A stretch of DNA of 64,000 bases from positions 269,233 to 333,232 of the forward strand of contig NIVC01000827.1 of assembly GCA_002269645.1 (NCBI GenBank), given 5' to 3'. The translations under genes and the position numbers were made by a program. Numbering within the stretch: the first letter of the stretch is position 1; the number at the start of each line of letters is the position of its first letter. Of the stretch, positions 23,583 to 39,600 are shown piece after piece. Source of the DNA: Macrostomum lignano. Lineage: Eukaryota. The notes beneath the pieces are model-generated. The model made no database searches and was not told the origin of the DNA. It saw nothing but the letters and a program-made list of their open reading frames with translations.

Positions 23583-26500
23583 TTAGTTCGGCGCCAGGTA
23601 GGAATCCATGCCAAGTTTAGACATCGTCGTGTTCGAGGACCTCGGCGGCGGCTGCGGCGGAGGCCCGGCCTGCTGCGAGCCAGCCGAGCTGTTTTTCCTA
23701 GAAAAGCTTCGCGAATTAGGCATCAGTTGCGTTTGCTCGGCCTGAGCTCGCCCGTAGGCTGAGTTGGCAAAGTTGCCGGTGGTTTGCTGGCTGACATCTA
23801 AGTTGGGTTCGTCTTGCACCTCCTCGTAGTAGGTGCTCTCAACTGGCTCGGTGCTGGGCTGCATTAATTCCACGGGCTGCGGGCTGGCAAGCAAGTCGAA
23901 TTGTTTCAGAGGAGAATAGTGCAACTGCAGCACCGCAAACTGCCATTCCAATTATTATTTTAGGAGGCTTATGGGCACACTGGCGCAAGAGCGTTGAGAC
24001 ACCTCTGCCCATTCCGTTGACTCCTGAGCACACACCAGCGCATGGACACTGTACGCAGTCACTCAATCACATACACGCTCACACAGCGTGTGCAGTGGTC
24101 TTGAATTTCTCATTGTCAGGGACAACACACTCTCTGTGCCTTCGGGGTTGGCCCTCGTGGATGTGAATCGAAACTTTAGGGTCGAGGTTATACGAGCGTA
24201 GGCTTCAATTATAAAATAATCGTCATGTCAACCATAAAATATTTATGGGGGATTGCTAAAATGTCAAGGCTCATGGTGGAATCGCTAAGATTTCAAAGCT
24301 CGTTGGGGGAATGGCTAAAGATGTCAAGGCTCATGGCGGTCAATCACTGAAACGCTTTGGCTCAAAGCATCTGTTGCTCAGATGCTTTAAGCCAAAGCTC
24401 ATGGGGGATCTGATATCTTAGGCTATGATATGATAGGTGGCTTTCATGGCGGATGCTTTTTTGCTTCAAACATAATTTTTCTTAGGATATTAACAATAGC
24501 GACTTTTGAGTACAAGGTCGAAACGTATGTGTAATTTATTCAATAACTTCTTTCTCTTTATTGCCTCCCAACGGGGGGGGGCGCAGATGGCTAGTCCAAT
24601 ATACAAAACTCACGAGCTGGGCTGGTAGGCCACCCTGTTGACGCGCAGCTCCACTCTTGAAGAATGCTTCCGATGATAGACCATGATGCCAGCGACTATG
24701 GCGGTCAGGGAGCAGACAACGATCAACAGCACCGCCAGCAGCAGGATTGGCATCACGAGCTGTTAGTGAAAATCGGATAATTAAGTAGAAAAATTTGAAC
24801 GACGAATGAACGACAGACTGTCTGAACGACAGACAGTCTCGCTCTTCTTTTGACATTAGATAAAATACTTTATCCTCTACGATGTGCTTTTTCAAACTCT
24901 AAACTTAATTCATTTGAGATTTGATGTTCAAATTTATCGCGGGAGGACTATAAAAGTTTCAACTACACTTCAACAGGAAGTCAACTTCACTTTCTCCCCC
25001 ATACATAGCACTTTGGGCAGGTTCTGTTCTTGAAAGGGATCTTTTGATCTCGCAGTCCTCATTGTTTCGCAGGCTTCAGTTTATGGTTTGCTAATCAGTT
25101 CACAAAAACACCGAAATTTCACAAACCCGAAATTTAACAAAGTCGAAATATACTCTTAAATTTCAATGTTGTGAAATCTCGGGGTTGTGAAATTTCGGTA
25201 TTATGCAATAGGTCGCGTGAATTTTTGAAAATATGAAATTTCAGGTTTGTAAAATTTTGGTGTTGTAAATTTCGGGTTTCTGAAAGCGCCCCGCAAATAC
25301 ATACAGACTTTCTTGTTTCAAGATACCACGCTAGACCTAAGGGCAGCAAGAACTTACTGTTTCATTCAATGGCTGCGGAGCGTCATGTCTTGCCGTGGTC
25401 AGCGCTCGAATTGCTGTTGGTGCCGGCGGCTGAAACTGGCACACAGCTCCTGAGAAGCCGCTCCTGCAGTCGCATCTGAAGCTGCCCACGGTGTTCACGC
25501 AGTCGCCATAGGAGCCGCAGAGACCTGCCACCAGGCGGCACTCGTCAACATCCTGGTCGCAGTGGTAGCCAGTGAATCCTTTGTCGCAGACGCACACCGA
25601 TGAGCCGTTGCTGTTGAAAGTCTGGCAGCTGCCGTTGCGGCACCACGTGGCGTTGCGATGGCACGGGTGAGTCTCCAGCTGACAGTGAGGTCCGGTGAAG
25701 TTCATCGGGCACTGGCAAACCGGCCGTCCTTGCAGGTCCTCCGAGCAGCTGCCTCCGTTCTGGCAGAAGGCCTGTCCCTGCCGCAGACACTTGTGTGACG
25801 GAGCGCAGCTGCCGTTGAGAGCCGTGTAGCCGGCAGGGCAGATCGCAGAGCCGTTGGGGCTGCAGCCGAACCTGGACGGGTCGCAGTGCACCGAACAGGC
25901 AGCTTGGTAGAAGTTCGGCCTGCACCTGATCCAGACAGCCAGTTTCAGGATGTGACCATTGCTAGAGATCTCAGTGAGCTGTGATGACCAGCGGCTGTTT
26001 GCTGAGTTGTTAGCAAAAAATGGGAGCTCTGCGGCGTTGTAGGAGCGGTGCAATCTGCACATGAGCTCATGCTCTCCGGGGTCTTTGTCCTTGACAGTGA
26101 CCGACACTTGGACATTGTCAGTGGGCTTCAGATCCGAGCCGGTGAATTGAAACTCCAGAGGGTTGATAAGCTGGCCGATGAAATCTCCGAAGTGAATCAC
26201 TGTCGGGGCATTGTCGTATTCAGACGAGACGAAGGTTGCCAGAATTTTCCTTGGCGTCGACACGGAGATGAGAAAGTACGGGTCGCAGTGGTCACTTCCA
26301 AAGAAGCTCCGGTCGCAGCTGCCTCGGTCTCTTTGTCGATACGAGTCGAATTTCACGTATACTGCTCCACTGATCGCTGAGGAATAACTCCTGACTACTC
26401 CTAGCAACTAAAATAAGTTTAATAAGGAAAATTATAGATGACATTTTTACAGTTTGCTGTTTTTGCTGCAATTTTTACAATTATTGCTCCCAAATTTATG

Positions 26501-26591
26501 CAAATTGAGCTAACAAAACTATTAATATGAGTTAGTTGTTTCTTACCAGCATGCTGAATATAAGAAGCAGAAATACTTTTATTTCTTTCAT
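23583..26591 (-). CDS. Delta/Notch-ligand-like type I membrane protein (signal peptide, C2/MNNL-like, DSL-like, 3 EGF, TM, cytoplasmic tail), ~510 aa, 4 exons
   Basis: Exons 26591-26547 (MKEIKVFLLLIFSML), 26407-25358, 24759-24614 (TM LVMPILLLAVLLIVVCSLTAIVAGIMVY), 23883-23583; phases 0,0,2 match. CRPNFYQAACSVHC...CSPNGSAICPAGY is DSL-like. Three EGF repeats, including Ca-binding DVDEC. Confidence 0.8.
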
Positions 26592-27631
26592 ATCATGTAA
26601 TCTTTCTATTGAATAATTGTTAAATATGCAATCTTTTCAAAAAACCTTCAACTCTTGTCGAAAAGCTGCAGCACTGGCCAGCCCATGATGCGCAATATTT
26701 GATTTAAACTGCGTACTTTCACATTTCGGTGTAGTTAAAACAAAATAAATTGTATGAAGTAGCTATTATTTTATTGTTATTAGATATTCGGCAATGGGTG
26801 AAAAATCTTGTGGGATTTTCGAAAATTTTAAGCCTAAAATGTCGAGTGTATTTTATAAAACTTTATTTAAAAATTTAATTGAAAGTATGTATTAGCGTAT
26901 GTATAATATGACTGTGTAAAATATAAAATAAATTCTATTTTTATAGTATGGCCCTAAGCGACATTTGTTTTTTAAATAACGGTTTGTTAAAAATTCTGAA
27001 CTGACACCAGGAAGTATTCATTTTGTAAAAATGATTGTCGGCAGTCTTCGTAGATTTTTTTCATTATATACTAGAAAATGATAGAAATATGCGACAAATT
27101 TTTCTTAACTATTCATCATTTTATTCTTTATTTCTAATTTCGCTCCGATTTTACTTCTACTGGATTAGAAACTTATACAGCGGAATTTTTTTTGTAAAGT
27201 CAGCGTGTCCTGGTGAAGCGCCAGCACTACATGAAGCTTTAGCTAAGTATTGTTTTTTATCATATGCAATAAAAAACAATCAGCCTGTCAACTATATGCA
27301 TGTATTTGGGAAGGCCGCCTGCAGCAGTACTATCACATGCAGGTTCAAGAAAAGTAAATGCTTTTTCCGTACCACTAGACTGGATGATCGCAAGCCATAA
27401 AGCCGGAAACTGCATGGGAGTTTGCAAATGTAGGTGAAGAAAAAACTGTTAAATAAATAGCAGAGCAAAGAAAAGCTAACTGCAGAATTCTAAAAAGATG
27501 TTTGCTTCACGAGTAAAAAGTGTCATGCTTTAATCAAACATCTTCATTCCGATTGAAGAGTTGGTGAAGACATAATTTAATATATTGTCGCTACGGAACA
27601 TTGCTCCATCTCAAGCCACTCGCGTGCTTGC

Positions 27632-31450
<3,819 letters not shown>

Positions 31451-31749
31451 TAATGAAAACATAAGCACCGAAAGTTTGCGGTCTCAAAGCTGTGTTTGAA
31501 CTTCTGTGTCCAAAAATTCGAGTAATTGAGTGTCGAGTGCTTTGTTAAAATAAAAAAATGCACTAAAACAGAAATCGCTAGAAAATCCCTGCCCAAAAAC
31601 AACACAGATGAAACCAATAAGCGAAGTACATTAGCTGTTTCCATAAGTACAGTGTACGTGCCTAAATAAAATACACGTATATTAATGTGGGTTTGCAGAC
31701 GAGCACGGATCCTGGCTGCATATCACGGCTTTACTCCGAAGTCCCGAGC

Positions 31750-34700
31750 TCACTCAGCTGGGCTTAGGAGTCTCGTCATCGTAGCGGCCAGGCAAAATGC
31801 CTGGAATTTAAAAACAAATCCGTGTTGTTAATTGGTTTGTGTAGTTAATCAGCCGTACAATTTTACTGATACAATTTATTCTTTGAAGCCAGAAAACCTC
31901 CCTTTTCCTACCTTTATGCATGAGCCAAACACCGACCAGACTAAATTGGACCACAGGTTAAACCAGAGTCCATCGCTGATTTTGGTCAGACAGTCCTGCA
32001 AAATTGTCACAGGATTATACGGTCAGGGCTGTGTTGGAGTGTTGGAGCTGTGCAGTGAGGATCAGTCAGGGCTGTGTTGGAGTGTTGGAGCTGTGCAGTG
32101 AGGATCGGTCAGGGCTGTGCTGGAGTGTTGGAGCTGTGCAGTGAGGATCGGTCAGGGCTGTGCTGGAGTGTTGGAGCTGTGCAGTGAGGATCAGTCAGGG
32201 CTGTGTTGGAGTGTTGGAGCTGTGCAGTGAGGATCGGTCAGGGCTGTGTTGGAGTGTTGGAGCTGTGCAGTGAGGATCGGTCAGGGCTGTGTTGGAGTGT
32301 TGGAGCTGTGCAGTGAGGATTGGTCAGGGCTGTGTTGGAGCTGTGCAGTGAGGATTGGTCAGGGCTGTGTTGGAGCTGTGCAGTGAGGATCGGTCAGGGC
32401 TGTGTTGGAGTGTTGGAGCTGTGCAGTGAGGATCGGTCAGGGCTGTGTTGGAGTGTTGGAGCTGTGCAGTGAGGATTGGTCAGGGCTGTGTTGGAGCTGT
32501 GCAGTGAGGATTGGTCAGGGCTGTGTTGGAGCTGTGCAGTGAGGATCGGTCAGGGCTGAGTTGGAGTGTTGGAGCTGTGCAGTTAGGCTTTTACGCATCT
32601 GTGCATAGTAGAATTGCAGGCTACTCACCTTCTCAAAAACGTACCTGTTTATCCGAGCCTCCTTCATGTTCACAGCCACTCTGCACTTCTCCTTGCTAGT
32701 CATGCCCAGACAGCACGAGAGAGGCAGGGTGACGTTCTTTTTGCCAGCAGTGGAATTTGCATTAGCCTGCTTGTACCACGGAGTCCGTAGGAACAGATTT
32801 TCTTCCGCATTGTCACTGAAGCCACAGCACTTTTCCTGTGTTGAGTATCGTTGATGAGGCCAATTTTGTCATGTAAACGCGTGACCCCTATTTCGATTCA
32901 CACACCTGACAAGTGGAAAGTCAGGACACCCTCTGTGAACGCCCTTGCATGTGCTCAGAAGTCAATAAACTGGACAAAATTGCCTCACGGCTGTTTATGG
33001 GACAAGGTCGCCGAAGAAGTTGCGCCAGGGGGCCCCCGTCCTCTGACGCATATTTTTAAAGGGATGTCAACTCAAGCACTGGAATGGAGCCAAAAGTTCA
33101 GCTCCTCGCTAAACCGAGCGCATTCGATGACTTGTCAAACCAGTCAACCAGAATCACTTAGAGACATCAAATCGTGAGCGTTTTGACTAGTAGAATGTAA
33201 ATCATTCTCACCCTCTTCTGATAGTTCTCTATGGACCAGGTGAACTTCTTCGATGCAGAGTCTTCCTTTCCGAACTGATTAACGATCTTCTCTTCAATGG
33301 CGTTTTTGTTGACTCTGGACAGGGACTTCGTGGCGGTGAATGCCACGACTAGCAGGATGACGTCCATGACGATAGCTACGGCAAGGAAGCTGATGATCTG
33401 TAAGGATGGGACAGGCAGCTACAGATGGGACAGGGGGATGCAGATGGGACAGGGGATACAGATGGGACAGGGGGATACGGATGGGACAGGGGGATGCAGA
33501 TGAGACAGGCAGCTACAGATGGGACAGGCAGCTACAGATGGGACAGGCAGCTACAGATGGGACAGGCAGATACAGATGGGACAGGCAGCTACAGATGGGA
33601 CAGGGGGATACAGATGGGACAGGCAGCTACAGATGGGACAGGGGGATACAGATGGGACAGGGGGATGCAGATGGGACAGGGAGCTACAGATGGGACAGGC
33701 AGCTACAGATGGGACAGGGGGATACAGATGGGACAGGGGGATCCAGATGGGACAGGGGGATACAGATGGGACAGGCAGCTACAGATGGGACAGGCAGCTA
33801 CAGATGGGACAGGGGGATACAGATGGGACAGGGGGATACAGATGGGACAGGGGGATACAGATGGGACAGGCAGCTACAGATGGGACAGGGGGATACAGAT
33901 GGGACAGGCAGCTACAGATGGGACAGGGGGATACAGATGGGACAGGCAGCTACAGATGGGACAGGGGGATGCAGATGAGACAGGGGGATACAGATGGGAC
34001 AGGGGGATACAGATGGGACAGGCAGCTACAGATGGGACAGGCAGCTACAGATGGGACAGGGGGATACAGATGGGACAGGGGGATACAGATGGGACAGGGG
34101 GATACAGATGAGACAGGGGGATACAGATGAGACAGGGGGATACAGATGGGACAGGGGGATACAGATGAGACAGGGGGATACAGATGGGACAGGGGATACA
34201 GATGAGACAGGGGGATACAGATGAGACAGGGGGATACAGATGGGACAGGGGATACAGATGGGACAGGGGGATACAGATGGGACAGGGGATACAGATGGGA
34301 CAGGGGGATACAGATGGGACAGGCAGCTACAGATGGGACAGGGGGATACAGATGGGACAGGCAGCTACAGATGGGACAGGGGGATACAGATGGGACAGGG
34401 GGATACAGATGGGACAGGGGGGTACAGATGGGACAGGCAGCTACAGATGGGAGCTAATGGTGACAACGGAGCTCATGATTTAATAGATTTTTGCAAAAAA
34501 CAATCACGAGTCCTGTGATTTTTTAGCCCTTAGCCACACCACAGCCTCATCAAGTACAAACTTCTGAAATAGCTCAACTCACCGCCATCAACATGGCGCG
34601 TCTGTTGAGCAGGACAGCAACGAGGCCCAGAATCCCGATAAGCAGGCTAACCAGACCGAACACTATCGAGGTCCATCTGTCGTTCTCAAACGTGTCAACT

Positions 34701-34852
34701 TCATTGAATTCCTCTACTTTGTCAGATTCTTCAATTTTCGGTTTGATTATCAAGTCGATGGCGCCAAAGCCAATTCTGATGGATCCCCACAAGATGAAGG
34801 CGGTGTAACTCGCGAGAAGGAGGCGCCGTAAGACAATGCCTGAGAGAATCAT
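31750..34852 (-). CDS. Tetraspanin, ~265 aa, 5 exons
   Basis: Exons 34852-34583, 33397-33212, 32835-32629, 31995-31912, 31800-31750; all phase 0, GT-AG. Four hydrophobic segments; EC2 with EKCCG, PLSCC and YVFEKDC motifs. Confidence 0.85.
32020..32581. repeat. 43/35-bp minisatellite in tetraspanin intron 3
   Basis: Unit ctgtgcagtgaggatcggtcagggctgtgttggagtgttggag. Confidence 0.95.
33404..34450. repeat. 19-bp minisatellite (two variants) in tetraspanin intron 1
   Basis: gggacaggcagctacagat / gggacagggggatacagat. Confidence 0.95.
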
Positions 34853-35059
34853 GTTCCTTCTTTCAGTATAATAATTGTTCAAATTAGTAGTTCAACCATT
34901 TTGTATTTTGTTAAACCCTCCGAATCCACGACTTGTGCCAAAGGATTTGGCCTTCAGTGTGAAATTTTTATAGTCTATGTTTATAAGGTCACCGATTTGA
35001 ATTGGACATCTTGTTTTTCGTTTGAGTTATTGCTGCTTCCGAATCAATCTGGCTATTGA

Positions 35060-35857
35060 TCCATGCCGTTTCCTGTAAATCCATGCCGCCCCCTGTAAAT
35101 CCATGCCGTTCCCTGTTAATCCATGCCGTTCGCTGTTAATCCATGCCGTTCGCTGTTGATTCATGCCGTTCGCTGTTAATCCATGCCGTTCGCTGTTAAT
35201 CCATGCCGTTCGCTGTTGATTCATGTCGTTCCCTGTTAATCCATGCCGTTCCCTGTAAATCCATGCCGTTCCCTGTTAATCCATGCCGTTCGCTGTTGAT
35301 TCATGTCGTTCCCTGTTAATCCATGCCGTTCCCTGTAAATCCATGCCGTTCCCTGTTAATCCATGCCGTTCGCTGTTGATTCATGTCGTTCCCTGTAAAT
35401 CCATGCTGTTCCCTGTTAATCCATGCCGTTCTCTGTAAATCCATGCCGTTCCCTGTTAATCCATGCCGTTCGCTGTTGATTCATGTCGTTCCCTGTTGAT
35501 TCATGCCGTTCCCTGTTAATCCATGCCGTTCCCTGTTAATCCATGCCGTTCCCTGTTAATCCATGCCGTTCCCTGTTAATCCATGCCGTTCCCTGTTAAT
35601 CCATGCCGTTCCCTGTTAATCCATGCCGTTCGCTGTTGATTCATGCCGTTCCCTGTTAATCCATGCCGTTCGCTGTTGATTCATGCCGTTCGCTGTTAAT
35701 CCATGCCGTTCGCTGTTGATTCATGTCGTTCCCTGTTAATCCATGCCGTTCCCTGTAAATCCATGCCGTTCCCTGTTAATCCATGCCGTTCGCTGTTGAT
35801 TCATGCCGTTCCCTGTTAATCCATGCCGTTCCCTGTTAATCCATGCCGTTCCCTGCC
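35060..35857. repeat. 20-bp minisatellite
   Basis: Unit atccatgccgttccctgtta. Confidence 0.95.
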
Positions 35858-35867
35858 ATTCTATGCC

Positions 35868-36080
<213 letters not shown>

Positions 36081-36501
36081 ACCAGCGCCCTCCCAGTGTT
36101 GGAGGTGGCAACCAGTGGACTGAGCTAGCAGTTAAAACAAAACAGCTTTACTCGCTAGAGATCAATGCTTTTCTTTGCTGAGTTGGCAAGCTCGGCTGAG
36201 GGGGTGTGAGTCGTCGAAGAGCGTTTCGGGACGGTACGCACATTGAGCACAGGGACAATGGCTTCACTTCAGAATGTGAATCGATGCCTTAACGCGGAGG
36301 GTCCGACCTGGACGGAGCAGGAGGTGGCGCCACCACTTGCTGCTCACAGCCCGGTTTACGAGCCTCAGTGCTACGCTGGGAAACACCTGCTCCAACTCTG
36401 CTAGCCACCAGGCCATTGCCCACGAAGTCACCCCAGCGAACTCTCTCCACCCCCCGCATGCGTTCGCGAGTCGCCATTGGAAGCGGAAGACGCTATACTG
36501 C

Positions 36502-36509
36502 TATAACTA
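36502..36509 (+). promoter_or_regulatory. TATA-like box of gene A
   Basis: TATAACTA within a block (ctatactgctata...ccccagtccgcgagcttc) conserved with gene B, ~150 nt upstream of the ATG. Confidence 0.4.
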
Positions 36510-36657
36510 TGCTGCCGCCCCCAGTCCGCGAGCTTCTCCGACTTTCCAACACACGCCCAGTTCGAAAACTGCTATAGAAAATATCGTAGCAGTTCGCATT
36601 TTGTCGTTGAACAATCAACAACTGCAGGCTACTGTTTTGATTTGCTCAAGCAAGAGT

Positions 36658-39600
36658 ATGCTGCTGAAGGGCAGAGCTGCTGCGGTGAGCAGCTTGTTGC
36701 TGCTCGTTTTGCTTCTGGTTGGAACTCGCTGCCAAGCCAGACCAGTGCGAGGACCAGGTGAGTAGCACCTGATGTAGCAAACAGAGTAACAAATATTGTG
36801 CAAAACATCATAGCAACTACTTGATTGCTATGCACTTGAAGGACTTCCTTTGAAACCCGCAACTTTACAGAGTCTGAAGAGCACGAGGAATTTTATCCAG
36901 AAGAGGAAGAAGAGGAGTTTTTTCCCGGTAAAAAAGGAGGAAGTGTCGTTTCAGAAGAATGTGAGTAGTTTTTCGACAGTCCAATAAACATTAAAACGCG
37001 TTTAATAACTGCATTCACAACTGCGTAATGCTTGAATCGCTTCAGTGCTGAAAAAGCTCCTGGCCGGCCGAGATGAAGTGTCGCGGTCGTCAAAGGACAT
37101 CCAGAAAGGTAAATCTGTAAAAGAGATTTAGCACATTAAACTATTCAATTATTCTACAAGCTTGGAGCACCATTTTCGATCTGCAGGAAGGCGCAAATCC
37201 GATGGCAAAAACCCGAAGGTTGTGCCGCCCGCGAGGAAAAAGCGTAAGCCACAAATTCTGCATTTTCACTGTGAAATTCTTAGTAAAATTTGCTTTGTCT
37301 TTCAGTAGAGCGCAAAGTTCACAGCCTACCAAGAATTCACCCAAGCCGGAAAGTGGGCGGAAGCAGGAAGTCTGCGCCACCGGTGAGGAAAGGTAGGTCA
37401 GGAACTTTACCTGCATAATTTGGTTTTGCTCTTCTTGCCGTAAGACATGTTGGCGGAAAGAGTTCCCTACCAAAGAGTGAGTTTCAGATAACATCAGATA
37501 GCAAGCAAACATCAATCCAAATTGGCGGTTTCAGAGAAGAACCAAAAGAATCGTAGAATCGTTTTGGGAGGCTCCGAGAGCTCCCTGCCGCCTCAGTTTA
37601 GAAGTGAGTATCAGCGCCATGACTCACAATGGCGACATTTCTGACACACTAGCATGCAATTCATCAACAAGTTTGACTGTTTCAGAGAAGAACAAGAAGA
37701 GGATGATTGTAGGCGGCTCCGAGAGCTCCCTGCCGCCTCAGTTTAGAAGTGAGTATCAGCGCCATGACTCACAATGGCGACATTTCTGACACACTAGCAT
37801 GCAATTCATCAAGAAGTTTGACTGTTTCAGAGAAGAACAAGAAGAGGATGATTGTAGGCGGCTCCGAGAGCTCCCTGCCGCCTCAGTTTAGAAGTGAGTA
37901 TCAGCGCCATGACTCACAATGGCGACATTTCTGACACACTAGCATGCAATTCATCAAGAAGTTTGACTGTTTCAGAGAAGAACAAGAAGAGGATGATTGT
38001 AGGCGGCTCCGAGAGCTCCCTGCCGCCTCAGTTTAGAAGTGAGTATCAGCGCCATGACTCACAATGGCGACATTTCTGACACACTAGCATGCAATTCATC
38101 AAGAAGTTTGACTGTTTCAGAGAAGAACAAGAAGAGGATGATTGTAGGCGGCTCCGAGAGCTCCCTGCCGCCTCAATTCAGAAGTGAGTATCAGCGCCAT
38201 GACTAACAATGGCGACATTTCTGACACACTTTAGCATGAAATTGATCAACAAGTTTGACTGTTTCAGAGAAGAACAAGAAGAGGATGATTGTAGGCGGCT
38301 CCGAGAGCTCCCTACCGCCTCAGTTCAGAAGTGAGTATTAGCGCCATGACTCACAATGGCGACATTTCTGACACACTTTAGCATGAAATTGATCAAGAAG
38401 TTTGACTGTTTCAGAGAAGAACAAGAAGAGGATGATTGTAGGCGGCTCCGAGAGCTCCCTGCCGCCTCAGTTTAGAAGTGAGTATCAGCGCCATGACTCA
38501 CAATTGCGACATTTCTGACACACTTTAGCATGAAATTGATCAAGAAGTTTGACTGTTTCAGAGAAGAACAAGAAGAGGATGATTGTAGGCGGCTCCGAGA
38601 GCTCCCTGCCGCCTCAGTTTAGAAGTGAGTATCAGCGCCATGACTCACAATGGCGACATTTCTGACACACTAGCATGCAATTCATCAACAAGTTTGACTG
38701 TTTCAGAGAAGAACAAGAAGAGGATGATTGTAGGCGGCTCCGAGAGCTCCCTGCCGCCTCAGTTTAGAAGTGAGTATCAGCGCCATGACTCACAATGGCG
38801 ACATTTCTGACACACTAGCATGCAATTCATCAAGAAGTTTGACTGTTTCAGAGAAGAACAAGAAGAGGATGATTGTAGGCGGCTCCGAGAGCTCCCTGCC
38901 GCCTCAGTTTAGAAGTGAGTATCAGCGCCATGACTCACAATGGCGACATTTCTGACACACTAGCATGCAATTCATCAAGAAGTTTGACTGTTTCAGAGAA
39001 GAACAAGAAGAGGATGATTGTAGGCGGCTCCGAGAGCTCCCTGCCGCCTCAGTTTAGAAGTGAGTATCAGCGCCATGACTCACAATGGCGACATTTCTGA
39101 CACACTAGCATGCAATTCATCAAGAAGTTTGACTGTTTCAGAGAAGAACAAGAAGAGGATGATTGTAGGCGGCTCCGAGAGCTCCCTGCCGCCTCAGTTT
39201 AGAAGTGAGTATCAGCGCCATGACTCACAATGGCGACATTTCTGACACACTAGCATGCAATTCATCAAGAAGTTTGACTGTTTCAGAGAAGAACAAGAAG
39301 AGGATGATTGTAGGCGGCTCCGAGAGCTCCCTGCCGCCTCAGTTTAGAAGTGAGTATCAGCGCCATGACTCACAATGGCGACATTTCTGACACACTAGCA
39401 TGCAATTCATCAAGAAGTTTGACTGTTTCAGAGAAGAACAAGAAGAGGATGATTGTAGGCGGCTCCGAGAGCTCCCTGCCGCCTCAGTTTAGAAGTGAGT
39501 ATCAGCGCCATGACTCACAATGGCGACATTTCTGACACACTAGCATGCAATTCATCAACAAGTTTGACTGTTTCAGAGAAGAACAAGAAGAGGATGATTG

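Noticed and set aside
23583-23951. Possible cytoplasmic tail of the cadherin
   Set aside because: Opposite strand; it splices in phase to the TM exon of the Delta-like gene.
25120-25282. Short inverted repeat (aaacccgaaattt / aaatttcgggttt) in Delta-like intron 2
   Set aside because: AT-rich and short; at most a decayed MITE, with no TSD evident.
26048-26380. 110-aa plus-strand ORF
   Set aside because: Antisense to the Delta-like exon 2.
33406-34518. Overlapping GTGGYRWD / MGQ ORFs
   Set aside because: 19-bp repeat inside a tetraspanin intron; frames rotate with each unit.
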